This document shows, piece by piece, positions 26,168 through 36,278 of a DNA stretch of 64,000 nt. Source of the stretch: an uncultured virus (IMG/VR IMGVR_UViG_3300020042_010191) (Duplodnaviria; Heunggongvirae; Uroviricota; Caudoviricetes); the IMG/VR virus record IMGVR_UViG_3300020042_010191. One strand, written 5' to 3'. A model generated the notes under the pieces. It made no database searches and was not told the DNA's origin. It saw only the letters and a program-made list of their open reading frames with translations. The translations under genes were made by a program, and so were the position numbers. How positions within the stretch are numbered: position 1 is the stretch's first letter; the number at the start of each line of letters is the position of its first letter.

Positions 26168-26713
26168 TTATTTACCATATCTTAGGTTATATAATGTTTT
26201 ATCTATAGTTGCACCCATACCAGCTGAATTAATACCTTCACTAGTATCGCCTGATATGCGTTGTAAATGAGTTGTAATTTTACCTGCAATTTCATTACTA
26301 GTTTTATCAAGTGACATAACATCTGTATCTGCATAAGACCCCATATCAGTCGATATCCAATCACCAACATTTGCGTAATTTTGTCCAAATTCGGCTTTAA
26401 TTTTTGGGGAAGTTTTTACAATTTTTAAAACTGAATTATAAATATCTTTTGTTTTAATCATTAATACTGCTTTTAAAATTTTCTGTTCATCAGTTCCCAT
26501 GCCTGACATTGCTGTCCAAATCATACCTACGATTTTTTGAGCCAATCCTAAATTCGGATCTGCTTGCTCAGCTAAAGCCTTACGTACTTCTCTTTGTAAG
26601 CCATATTGATCAATTGTTTCTAAAATTGATTTCAATGTTAATTCTTTTTGTGCAGCTTCAGATAAATTTTTAGTTCCGAAACGCATCATGTTTTCTGAAA
26701 GTAGATTTTTCAT
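26168..26713 (-). CDS. Leader-family protein with annexin-repeat-like motif
   Basis: MKNLLSENMMRFGTKNL; AMSGMGTDEQKILKAV. Confidence 0.7.
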   Translation of the reverse strand: MKNLLSENMMRFGTKNLSEAAQKELTLKSILETIDQYGLQREVRKALAEQADPNLGLAQKIVGMIWTAMSGMGTDEQKILKAVLMIKTKDIYNSVLKIVKTSPKIKAEFGQNYANVGDWISTDMGSYADTDVMSLDKTSNEIAGKITTHLQRISGDTSEGINSAGMGATIDKTLYNLRYGK

Positions 26714-26820
26714 TATGTGTATCCTTTAAGGTTATTTTCTTTCTAATAAATATATGATAATAAAAAAAAACAAAGTTTTTTGATTGTTGCAAAAAATTTC
26801 ATATAATATAAAAAAATCCT

Positions 26821-27846
26821 ATGATACGTTACGGTTATTGTTGTATCAATCAGGAGTTATCGGCTCAAGGTATTCGTACCGGTCGTACTATGATTGATCG
26901 CAAATTTAAACAAGGCGGTTTGCAACTTGCCTCCGACATTGCTCTTGCCAATGCACGCGATTTATTAACTATTCTGCAATGGAATGAAGCACGAGGTATT
27001 CGTTTGTTCCGTGTTGGCTCTGAGCTATTTCCTCGTTGGAATCATTATGAGCTTGCAGATCTTCCTGACATTGCACTTATCACAAAGCATCTACGTGCCG
27101 CAGGTGATTATGCACGTGCACATGGTCATCGCATTACAACGCATCCTGGTCCGTTCCATATCTTAGGTAGTCCTGATGCTACGGTAGTTGATAATTCTAT
27201 TATCAGTCTCGAACGACACTCTGAGCTCTTTGATCTTATGGGTTTTGCTCCTAGCTTTGATAATCTTATTAATATTCACGTAGGTGCTACATACAATGAC
27301 AAGCCCGGTACTATTCAACGTTGGTTGCACAATTGGGATCGTTTATCAGATTCTTGCAAGTCACGTTTAGTCATTGAGAATGATGATAAGGCTTCTATGT
27401 ATTCAGTTCGTGAATTGTATTCTATGCTTCATACCGAGATAGGTATTCCGATTACATTTGACTATTGGCATCACACTTTCAATACTGGTGACTTATCCGA
27501 AGAAGAAGCATTCTTTATGGCTCGCGAAACATGGACTCGTTATGGTGTTACTCAATGCACTCATTATTCAGAATCTCGTCGCCGCGAAGCTCAGGTTCTT
27601 ATTGAGCGTATGTTTGCTCATCACAACATTGATATGGCAGATTTGCCGAAGTGGCCTACCTTTCACAAGCAATACAAGGAGTTTACCAAGATCAAGGAAC
27701 AAGCCCATGCTGATTTCATTTTGAATACTCCCAATACATACGGCGTTGCAGATTTAGATATCGAGGTTGAGGCTAAGGCTAAAGAGCAAGCATTATCTAA
27801 CATAAAATTGCAATGTTGTCAAAATAATGCTTTAATTTTATCGTAA
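26821..27846 (+). CDS. uvsE: UV damage endonuclease
   Basis: GYCCIN, LFRVGSELFP, TTHPG, INIHVG, LVIENDD, TFDYWHH, HYSES, AHAD, EAKAKE. Confidence 0.93.
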   Translation: MIRYGYCCINQELSAQGIRTGRTMIDRKFKQGGLQLASDIALANARDLLTILQWNEARGIRLFRVGSELFPRWNHYELADLPDIALITKHLRAAGDYARAHGHRITTHPGPFHILGSPDATVVDNSIISLERHSELFDLMGFAPSFDNLINIHVGATYNDKPGTIQRWLHNWDRLSDSCKSRLVIENDDKASMYSVRELYSMLHTEIGIPITFDYWHHTFNTGDLSEEEAFFMARETWTRYGVTQCTHYSESRRREAQVLIERMFAHHNIDMADLPKWPTFHKQYKEFTKIKEQAHADFILNTPNTYGVADLDIEVEAKAKEQALSNIKLQCCQNNALILS

Positions 27847-27889
27847 TATATTTATTATAAATAATATTAATAATATAAATAAGGTTATA

Positions 27890-28069
27890 ATGGGTAATTT
27901 TAAATTTAAAAATAAATTCACAGATGATATCGAAGATGCTCGAGAAATCATCCGTGTTCTTGGTCGCATGATACAAGAAGGTAAAATTGACAAACAATCT
28001 ACGTTGGATAATTTAGCACGTGCTTTGAAAAAATTAGACTCTGCAAAATATTATATTGATCGCGAATAA
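27890..28069 (+). CDS. Hypothetical protein, 59 aa
   Basis: Hand translation after ATATTTAT. Confidence 0.6.
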   Translation: MGNFKFKNKFTDDIEDAREIIRVLGRMIQEGKIDKQSTLDNLARALKKLDSAKYYIDRE

Positions 28070-28080
28070 ATCTTTTCTAA

Positions 28081-28242
28081 ATGAAACCAAAATCCACTCC
28101 GCCCCCAAAAGGGTATAAAAGATTACAATGTAAATATTGTGATGCAATTTGCCAACGTGTTGACGAAAAAGCAACAGCCGTTACATGTTGGCAATGCACT
28201 TCTAAATTAGTTCATGGACAGCATTTGGAAGTACGCAAATAA
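28081..28242 (+). CDS. Small zinc-ribbon protein, 53 aa
   Basis: CKYC...CWQC. Confidence 0.65.
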   Translation: MKPKSTPPPKGYKRLQCKYCDAICQRVDEKATAVTCWQCTSKLVHGQHLEVRK

Positions 28243-28259
28243 TTTCTTATATTAATTTT

Positions 28260-29036
28260 ATGTTAGAAGCAGAAACAATCAAATCAAATTGGGAACAATA
28301 TCGATCATTAGTGAATGATTATTTTCCAACCCGGGCCGAGTCACTGAATCAAATGTATGATGCATTTGAAGATCGATTAGTAATGATGCCAGCATCATCA
28401 ATGGCTCATTTTCATAATGCATTTGCTGGAGGATATGTAGATCATGTACTTCGTGTTATTGCATGTGCTGAGAAACTTTATGAGACTTGGAGTGAAATGG
28501 GTGCAGATATGTCTGGATATACTTTAGAAGAACTTCGTTTTGCTGCAATGCATCATGATTTAGGTAAAGTAGGTTTTCCTGGCGATGGTAATGAAGTTTA
28601 TCAAGTTGAAACATCTGATTGGCATCGCAAGAATCAAAACAAGATGTATAAACATAACGAAAACATTCCATTCACCATGGTACCAGATCTTTCAATTTGG
28701 TTGCTACAAGAATATGATGTGAAAATGTCTTGGACAGAATATCAAGCAATCAAGATTCACGATGGAATGTATGATGATGCAAATAAGCCATATTTTGTTG
28801 CTCGTTCAGCACAAGCCAAATTGAAAACAAATTTACCTATCGTTTTGCATCATGCAGATCATATGGCAGCACAAATTGAATTCGAGCGTTGGAGAAACAA
28901 AGACAATGCTACTCCAAAGGCATCTGCAGAAAAGAGTAAAATTACAAAAAGTAATGGTTTAAAAAATCTAGCAGAAAATAATCCGGATGTCGAAAAAACA
29001 TTAACGGATATTTTTAGTGCATTTAATCAGGATTAA
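28260..29036 (+). CDS. HD-domain phosphohydrolase
   Basis: PASS..HFH..GGYVDHV, HHDLGK, IHDG, HHAD. Confidence 0.88.
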   Translation: MLEAETIKSNWEQYRSLVNDYFPTRAESLNQMYDAFEDRLVMMPASSMAHFHNAFAGGYVDHVLRVIACAEKLYETWSEMGADMSGYTLEELRFAAMHHDLGKVGFPGDGNEVYQVETSDWHRKNQNKMYKHNENIPFTMVPDLSIWLLQEYDVKMSWTEYQAIKIHDGMYDDANKPYFVARSAQAKLKTNLPIVLHHADHMAAQIEFERWRNKDNATPKASAEKSKITKSNGLKNLAENNPDVEKTLTDIFSAFNQD

Positions 29037-29037
29037 T

Positions 29038-29331
29038 ATGATATCAGGTTTAATAATAGTATCATTGCTATTAACTTCAATATATTTAGGTTATCGTACA
29101 TGGTATTTAGCAGGAACATTAGCAGACGCACAAGAATATATTGAAGGTTTAGAATCTACTAATCAATACATGTTTGAACGTATTGATCAATCATATTCAG
29201 CAATGAAACAGATTGATAGATTAGGCGCTTTTGAAAAAGATGATGAGGCAGGAACTACATTTCAGTTACTGAGTCAAGTAGTAGAAGAATTAAAGGAACA
29301 ATTTAATGACAGCGAAGCGCAAGAAAAGTAA
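29038..29331 (+). CDS. Membrane-anchored coiled-coil protein
   Basis: N-terminal TM; DRLGAFEKDDEAG. Confidence 0.65.
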   Translation: MISGLIIVSLLLTSIYLGYRTWYLAGTLADAQEYIEGLESTNQYMFERIDQSYSAMKQIDRLGAFEKDDEAGTTFQLLSQVVEELKEQFNDSEAQEK

Positions 29332-30007
29332 TGTATATTTTACAAAAGTAACCGAATATGCAATTTCTGCATATAACAGAACCGATAACAATTCATCATT
29401 GCGTGAAAAAATTTATCGTAGATTTATATATCCTGCTTTCATGAAGATGGCAGAAAATCTTATTAATAAAGTTAAGCCTACTTATATTGATTCAACTTTT
29501 ATGGATTTGCAGACAGATTTAGTTACGTATTTAACAGAACGTTTAAATAAATTTAATCCTAATGCTGGTAAAGCATATTCATATTATACTAGAACATCAT
29601 TTAATTATTTGATTGCTGAAAATCAAAAAGCATATTCTAAATTAAAATCAGATGCTTTAGAATTAGATGTAGATGAACAGCGTAATATTATTACAGAAAT
29701 TCATAATGATGAAATGCGAGAAACGCTTTTTGAATTCATGGATGCATATATTGAATATTGTTATGACAATTTAAACTACATATTTACAAGTCCAACTGAT
29801 ATTCACGTTGCAGATTCAATTCTTCATATATTTGAAAGTCGAGAAAACATTGAAGACTTCAATAAAAAAGCACTTTATATTTTTATTAGAGAACGTACGG
29901 GATTAGAAACAACAAATATTACCAGAGTCATTAAAGTTCTAAAACAATTATACGAAGAAAAATTTCTAGAGTATGAACGTACAAACTTCGTAAATCTGCC
30001 GTTTTAA
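29306..30007 (+). CDS. T4 gp55-like late-transcription sigma factor
   Basis: NVYF, KMAENLI, KFNPNAGKAYSYYT region-2-like motifs. Confidence 0.65.
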   Translation: MTAKRKKSNVYFTKVTEYAISAYNRTDNNSSLREKIYRRFIYPAFMKMAENLINKVKPTYIDSTFMDLQTDLVTYLTERLNKFNPNAGKAYSYYTRTSFNYLIAENQKAYSKLKSDALELDVDEQRNIITEIHNDEMRETLFEFMDAYIEYCYDNLNYIFTSPTDIHVADSILHIFESRENIEDFNKKALYIFIRERTGLETTNITRVIKVLKQLYEEKFLEYERTNFVNLPF

Positions 30008-30031
30008 TATTTATTATTAAAGGATTTGCGC

Positions 30032-30463
30032 ATGGACAAGAATGATGAAATATTTAAAGGCACTAGCTTTTCCGATTTAATGTCCGATGTCTATCATAAT
30101 TCTAAAAAGAAAGATAGGCAAATGAATCAATTAATTGCATCATTACAGCCATTAATAAAAAATGCGTCAGATGCAACCGTTGTTATGCCATTGATTAAAG
30201 ACATATTAGATGTATCGATTAAAAATGACGATCATTTAGTCAAATTAACTGCAATCGTTCAGCGATATATTTCAACTAAACAAACCATAACGGGTGCTGA
30301 TAGTTTGTTAAGTGAAGAAGAAAAACAACAACTTCTTCGTGTTGCAGAACAAACTTTATCTTCTGATTTAGATGAATTAGATGAATTCAAACAAGAAGAC
30401 CGCATATTGCAGCAACGCGCAGAACAAATTAAAGAGCAATTGAATAAAGGTATGAATGACTAA
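30032..30463 (+). CDS. Conserved helical phage protein
   Basis: First gene after a late motif. Confidence 0.65.
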   Translation: MDKNDEIFKGTSFSDLMSDVYHNSKKKDRQMNQLIASLQPLIKNASDATVVMPLIKDILDVSIKNDDHLVKLTAIVQRYISTKQTITGADSLLSEEEKQQLLRVAEQTLSSDLDELDEFKQEDRILQQRAEQIKEQLNKGMND

Positions 30464-31436
30464 TGTACATTTTCATATCGGAGAAGTTGTTGCAAATAAT
30501 AATACGTATCAATATGTTCAAGAAAAAAACTTTGAAATACGCGTTATAACATATACTGATTTTTACAATAGAGAAGAAATTAGTGCTATACCGTATGACA
30601 ATAATACAAAAAAGATACCAGCAATTGGTGAACATGTTTTACTTGTTCGAGGTTTATCTGTAGATAACGTTTCTCAATCAAATTATCCACAATGGTATTA
30701 TTTGTCATCATTTTCTATCAATTCAAATGCAAATGATAACAAGTTGTTAGGCTATGCAACAACTGAATCTACCGTTACTGGTTCTGTGAATTTAACATCT
30801 AAACAAGTTTCATGGCTGCAACCATTTAGTGGCGATTTAATGTTCGAAGGCCGATTTGGAAACAGTCTTAGGATGTCTAGTACGACTAAACAACAGTATC
30901 CGGTTGCCCCGTCATGGTTAGGCCAAAATGATGGCGATCCTATCATTGTTTTATCAAATGGTAGAACATATGATGAAAGCAAATATGTTGTAGAAAACGT
31001 TAATGAAGATGCTAGTTCATTGTATTTAACGAGTACTCAAAAACTTCCTATTCTATTAGGAGATAAAAACAATAGAAATCCGTTATCTTGTTTTGCACCT
31101 GTTGAATCAGCGTTTGAACGTTCACAATTTATTGGTGTAGCAGATAGAATTATCTTAAAAGCAAAATCCGATGTTGTTGTTATAGATTCCCCAAAAGGTA
31201 TTGTTTTAAATACAACTGGAGAAGTTAAAATAGGAAATGATGAAGCTAATATTAGTTTAGTGCACGGCGATGTATTGTTAACTATCTTACAAAAAATTTT
31301 AAATCAATTAGCACAGCCAGTTCAATGCGGCACTGCACAAGGTACATTTATCAATAGGTCTAATTTATCAGCAGCTCAGCGTGAATTACAAAATCTTTTA
31401 AATTCTAAATATTTTATAACCAAAGAAACATATTGA
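30456..31436 (+). CDS. Baseplate hub/spike-like protein (gp5 N-terminal OB-like)
   Basis: IPAIGEHVLL, GD..FEGRFGNSLR, beta-repeat C-terminus; position before gp25. Confidence 0.55.
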   Translation: MTNVHFHIGEVVANNNTYQYVQEKNFEIRVITYTDFYNREEISAIPYDNNTKKIPAIGEHVLLVRGLSVDNVSQSNYPQWYYLSSFSINSNANDNKLLGYATTESTVTGSVNLTSKQVSWLQPFSGDLMFEGRFGNSLRMSSTTKQQYPVAPSWLGQNDGDPIIVLSNGRTYDESKYVVENVNEDASSLYLTSTQKLPILLGDKNNRNPLSCFAPVESAFERSQFIGVADRIILKAKSDVVVIDSPKGIVLNTTGEVKIGNDEANISLVHGDVLLTILQKILNQLAQPVQCGTAQGTFINRSNLSAAQRELQNLLNSKYFITKETY

Positions 31437-31437
31437 T

Positions 31438-32265
31438 ATGAGTTCTATTGTTCCACCATTAGATTTAATACCAACGTTGCCTGGCAAGACAGCGTCTGTT
31501 ATAATGCAACAACTAGATATTCAAATGGATAATTTAGTTGATCAAGTTAGTACAACAGTTCAAGATTCTATAAAATTGCCTAGTAATATACAATGCAATG
31601 ATCCTAGAATAGAAAAAATCAAAACAAATCTAAAACAAATACAAACTCAAATTACTGAGTTACAACAAAATTTACCTAAAATACAACAAACTATTGATAA
31701 TGTTAAAACTGCAGTTCAAACGGCACAAACAATTAAAGCTATTATAACTGTAGCACAATTATCTAACCCAATCACTGCACCAGTATTTATAGCTCAAAAT
31801 TTAATGGCTATACAAGATGCATTAATTGTTAATAGTTTAGGAGCATTGCAATCATTTTCAACAGTACCAACATCATTAACTTCAAAATTTCAAACTATTG
31901 TACCAGTTTTAGCACAATCAATTCAAAAACTAAATTCTGTTTGTAATTCAGATAATAGCGGAGATGGTATTGAAATCCCAAATTTTGATGGAGATATTGA
32001 TTACAATGATTTAGTAGATACTGATTTTTATACAGAACAAAATGTTTCTGATAATGATTTACAGTTTAGATCAGATACTATACAACAATTGGTAGAACAA
32101 CAACGAGACTTGATATCATCATTGCTTGAAGCACCTAGTCAAGTTTATAAAGAATCCGGATTGCCTTCCGACGATTTAGGTAAAGCCGGCGACTATTACG
32201 TAGACATTTCTACAAATAAAATATATGGGCCTAAAACATCAGTTTGGGGAACACCCGTAAACTAA
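31438..32265 (+). CDS. Virion-associated coiled-coil protein
   Basis: C-terminal GKAGDYYVD...IYGPK motif. Confidence 0.55.
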   Translation: MSSIVPPLDLIPTLPGKTASVIMQQLDIQMDNLVDQVSTTVQDSIKLPSNIQCNDPRIEKIKTNLKQIQTQITELQQNLPKIQQTIDNVKTAVQTAQTIKAIITVAQLSNPITAPVFIAQNLMAIQDALIVNSLGALQSFSTVPTSLTSKFQTIVPVLAQSIQKLNSVCNSDNSGDGIEIPNFDGDIDYNDLVDTDFYTEQNVSDNDLQFRSDTIQQLVEQQRDLISSLLEAPSQVYKESGLPSDDLGKAGDYYVDISTNKIYGPKTSVWGTPVN

Positions 32266-32296
32266 CATTTAGTATATTTATATATAAAATATTCAT

Positions 32297-32791
32297 ATGG
32301 ATTCAAAAACACTTATAAAAGCACTAAAAGTAGCCGTACGTGAGGTTATAAAAGAAGAATTAACAGAAATTCTTCGAGAAGGTTTACAATCTACTATTAC
32401 AGAGATAAATCAACCACAGACAAAACGACAAGCTCCGCCGCCGCCTATGCCAAAACGTAAGACAGTGCAATTCAATGAAAATAGATGGGCGTCTATTTTA
32501 AATGAAACTGATCCGCTTATTGAACAAGGGCCTTCGACAATAAATAGTTTTGCGGAATTAATGAACGAAGGTATGGATGATACTATTACAATGACATCAC
32601 GTGATGCTCAAGGTTTTGGTGCAATGCGTCAAAATATGGCTGCTGCAATGGGATTAGCCCCACAAGCCCCATCTGTAATGGAAGATCCAGAAACTGGTAA
32701 AACATATGAAGTAGCACCAGAAGTGCAACAAGCTATGACTCGAGACTATTCTGCGTTAATGAAAGCAATGAATAAAAAGAAAGGTAACTAA
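32297..32791 (+). CDS. Hypothetical protein
   Basis: VREVIKEE leader; RDYSALMK. Confidence 0.65.
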   Translation: MDSKTLIKALKVAVREVIKEELTEILREGLQSTITEINQPQTKRQAPPPPMPKRKTVQFNENRWASILNETDPLIEQGPSTINSFAELMNEGMDDTITMTSRDAQGFGAMRQNMAAAMGLAPQAPSVMEDPETGKTYEVAPEVQQAMTRDYSALMKAMNKKKGN

Positions 32792-33273
32792 TGCCATATC
32801 AAATAGTAAATGTAGTAGCTGAAGCTTCATTAAACACTGCATTAGGAATTAATATTCCTTTTACGGGCCCGTTTGGAGTATTTAATTCTACATTTACAAC
32901 AAATGATCAAGCATTAGCAAATTTAAAAAATCTTCTTTTAACATATAAAGGAGAGCGTATATATCAACCAAATTTTGGTACTGATTTGCCGAAATTATTA
33001 TTCGAGCCGAATACGAAAGAATTAAAACCAATTGTATCTGAAGTAATTGCAGAGGCGGTAGAATATTGGCTACCTTATATTAATATAATTGACATCAGTA
33101 CTGTAACTGCAGAAGATGATCCAAATTCACCACATGAATTAAAAATTACAATTACATTTTCAGTGGCTCCGCAACAAGGTGTTGCGTCTAGTAATACAAC
33201 AAGTTATGATACAGAAAACAATTTGAGTCAATTAGTGTTAGCTGTAAATCAAAATCAATTATTGGTATTATAA
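32791..33273 (+). CDS. Baseplate wedge protein, gp25-like
   Basis: NLKNLLLTYKGERIYQPNFGTDL..LLFEP...YWLPYI. Confidence 0.9.
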   Translation: MPYQIVNVVAEASLNTALGINIPFTGPFGVFNSTFTTNDQALANLKNLLLTYKGERIYQPNFGTDLPKLLFEPNTKELKPIVSEVIAEAVEYWLPYINIIDISTVTAEDDPNSPHELKITITFSVAPQQGVASSNTTSYDTENNLSQLVLAVNQNQLLVL

Positions 33274-33274
33274 C

Positions 33275-35152
33275 ATGGAAACAAAAAAAGATATATCATA
33301 TTTAGGAAAAGATTTTAGTCAATTCAAACAAGGATTGATTGATTTTACTAAACAGTATTTTCCAACATCATACACTGATTTTACTGATGCTGCACCTGGA
33401 ATGATATTTTTAGAATTAGCTGCATACGTAGGAGATGTATTATCATATTATGCAGATAATAATTTAAAAGAGTCAATGCTTGAACAAGCAACCGAACGTT
33501 CGAATATATATGATATTGCAAAAAGTTTAGGTTATAGTCCTAATAATGTTGTTCCTGCATATGTTACATTAGATGTATTTCAATTAGTCCCGGCTATTGG
33601 CACCGGAGTAAATGTAGCTCCCGATTACAATTATGCGTTATCAATTAAATCTGGGTTACGAGTAAAACAAAGCACTGGTAATTCGGTATTTAGGACGTTG
33701 GATAGCATTGAATTTAATTTTTCAAGTTCTGCAAATCCTACGGAAGTAACAATATATGAAACAGATTCTGCAACAAATTTACCAACATATTATCTTTTAA
33801 AGAAACAAGTTCGTGCAGTATCTGGAAATGTAAAAACATCAACTTTCACATTTGGAACACCAGTTGCATATGACAAAATAGTTTTACCTGATACTAATAT
33901 TATTGAAATTATTTCAGTAACTGAATCAGATGGAGATAATTGGTATGAAGTTCCATATTTAGCTCAAGACACGGTATTTGAATCAGTTCCAAATTTATTA
34001 GAAAATGATCCGGATTTATCACAATATAGATCTGCGGCACCTAGTTTATTAAAACTAAGAAAATCTGCAAAACGATTTATAACTAGATTGCGAAGTGATA
34101 ATAAAATAGAATTGCAATTTGGTGCAGGTATATCGGATAATAATGATGAAGAAGTTGTTCCAAATCCAGACAACGTCGGAAATGGATTAGCTGGGTTTCG
34201 TCGTTCAGTAGATGTTGATATTGATCCGTCAAATTTTTTATATACAAGAACATACGGACAAGCACCATCAAATACTACATTAACAGTAACATATACTATT
34301 GGTAATGGTATTTCTGACAATGTTCCGGCAAATGTATTAACTCAACTAGAATTTGTTGAATTCAATGATGATATTAATACTTCAAATAGTGCGCCATTGG
34401 TTAATTTTGTTAAATCAACGGTTGCAGTAAACAATGCAATTCCGGCAGTTGGTGCAAAGACTGCAGATACATTGCAAGATATTAAAAATAATGCATTAGC
34501 AAACTTTGCCACACAAAATCGCCTTGTAACACGCGAAGACTATATTATACGGTCTTACTCGATGCCGGCAAAATATGGTAGCGTTGCAAAGGCATATATT
34601 GTGCCTGATGATCAAATATCTCAAAAAGATTTAGAATCTAGAATTGCAAATCCATTAGCAATGAACATGTATGTTTTGGGTTATAATGATTTAAAACAAT
34701 TAACAACATTGAATCAAGCAATCAAAGAAAATTTAAAAACATATTTGAATTTTTATAGAATTTTAACTGATGCTGTAAATATAAAAGATGCTTTTATCAT
34801 TAATATAGGAGTTGACTTTGAAATTTCAGTATTGCCAAACTATAATAGTAATGAAGTTTTATTGCGTTGTGTTAATGAATTAAAATCATTATTCAATGTT
34901 GATAAATGGCAAATCAATCAACCGATTATTAAATCGGATATTAGTACAGCACTAGCAAATGTAAAAGGCGTTCAATCAGTAGTTGGTTTTGCATTGACTA
35001 ATTTATATGATTCTGATCAAGGATATTCTGGAAATCTTTATGATTTAACTACTGCGACAAAAAATGGCGTAATTTATCCGTCATTAGATCCTAGTATTTT
35101 TGAAATTAAATTTCCGAACCGCGACATTAAAGGCCGCGTTGTAAATTATTAA
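33275..35152 (+). CDS. Baseplate wedge protein, gp6/J-like
   Basis: KDF...DF...GMIFLELAAYVGDVLSYY, AKSLGY, LQFG, QNRLVTREDY. Confidence 0.9.
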   Translation: METKKDISYLGKDFSQFKQGLIDFTKQYFPTSYTDFTDAAPGMIFLELAAYVGDVLSYYADNNLKESMLEQATERSNIYDIAKSLGYSPNNVVPAYVTLDVFQLVPAIGTGVNVAPDYNYALSIKSGLRVKQSTGNSVFRTLDSIEFNFSSSANPTEVTIYETDSATNLPTYYLLKKQVRAVSGNVKTSTFTFGTPVAYDKIVLPDTNIIEIISVTESDGDNWYEVPYLAQDTVFESVPNLLENDPDLSQYRSAAPSLLKLRKSAKRFITRLRSDNKIELQFGAGISDNNDEEVVPNPDNVGNGLAGFRRSVDVDIDPSNFLYTRTYGQAPSNTTLTVTYTIGNGISDNVPANVLTQLEFVEFNDDINTSNSAPLVNFVKSTVAVNNAIPAVGAKTADTLQDIKNNALANFATQNRLVTREDYIIRSYSMPAKYGSVAKAYIVPDDQISQKDLESRIANPLAMNMYVLGYNDLKQLTTLNQAIKENLKTYLNFYRILTDAVNIKDAFIINIGVDFEISVLPNYNSNEVLLRCVNELKSLFNVDKWQINQPIIKSDISTALANVKGVQSVVGFALTNLYDSDQGYSGNLYDLTTATKNGVIYPSLDPSIFEIKFPNRDIKGRVVNY

Positions 35153-35162
35153 AAGGTAAAAC

Positions 35163-36278
35163 ATGTTTAGAATATTTTATGCAGAAAAAGATACAACGTT
35201 ATATGAATCATCGCCGGAATATAATACTGGTTTAGATGAAGTATTAGAAATTGGTAAACGTTTAGGTACTGATGGTGCTAATTTGTTAAAAGCTAGAAGT
35301 ATTATCAAGTTTGATATGTCTGAAATTTCTGCATCATTAGCAACATATAATCAAAATGTAACTAATTGTAAATTCGTATTGCAAATGTTTACAACTGATG
35401 CTAAAAATTTACCATCTGATTATACAATTGCAGTAAAAATGTTAGGACAAGATTGGGTTAATGGTTTAGGAAATTTATCTGCATTAACTGATGATGGTGC
35501 TAGTTGGAATTTTCCACAAAGTGGGTCTAATTGGATATCAGGTAGTCAACAAATTGAAATTGGAACTAGCGATTTATATATCTCCGGTTCAGGTACTGGA
35601 GGTAATTATTTATATCATTCAGGATCTGGTACAGCTCCGCAACTTATTACATCTGAATCCTTTTCATATAGAACAACGGACCTCAATATTAACGTTACAA
35701 ATCAAATACGAATTTGGATGAGTGGTAGTAATGCAAATGCAATTCCTAATTATGGATTCTTGATTCAATATTCAGATACAGATGAGGCTGATAATAATGT
35801 TAGGGGTTATGTAAGATTCTTTAGTAGAGATACACATACTATCTATGTTCCTAAACTAACTATGTATTGGGATAATAGTGCTTTTACAACGGGATCATTA
35901 ACATCGGCTAACTTAGAGTCATATGTTGTTTATACCAACGTTAAACCGGAGTATAAAGACACCGAAATTGCTAAAGTTAGAATTTATAGTAGAGACAAAT
36001 ATCCACAAAAATCTCCTACAAATTTATTTCCAATTCAAACAGTTAAATATCTTCCAACAACTACTTATTATGCGGTCTTCGATGCTCAAACAGATGAGAC
36101 CATAATTCCATATGATAATATTTATAATAAAGTTAGTTGCGATAGTACTAGTAATTTTATTTACATTGACATGAACGGTTTTATGCCGGAACGATATTAT
36201 CGTTTAGAATTTAAAATTGTAGATGGATTTACAGAACAGTATGTTAGCGACAAAATTTATTTTAAAGTAGTTAGATAA
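35163..36278 (+). CDS. Virion protein with DNRLRE-like domain
   Basis: KDTTLYE, RSIIKFD, NYGFLI, FFSRDT...PKL. Confidence 0.6.
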   Translation: MFRIFYAEKDTTLYESSPEYNTGLDEVLEIGKRLGTDGANLLKARSIIKFDMSEISASLATYNQNVTNCKFVLQMFTTDAKNLPSDYTIAVKMLGQDWVNGLGNLSALTDDGASWNFPQSGSNWISGSQQIEIGTSDLYISGSGTGGNYLYHSGSGTAPQLITSESFSYRTTDLNINVTNQIRIWMSGSNANAIPNYGFLIQYSDTDEADNNVRGYVRFFSRDTHTIYVPKLTMYWDNSAFTTGSLTSANLESYVVYTNVKPEYKDTEIAKVRIYSRDKYPQKSPTNLFPIQTVKYLPTTTYYAVFDAQTDETIIPYDNIYNKVSCDSTSNFIYIDMNGFMPERYYRLEFKIVDGFTEQYVSDKIYFKVVR

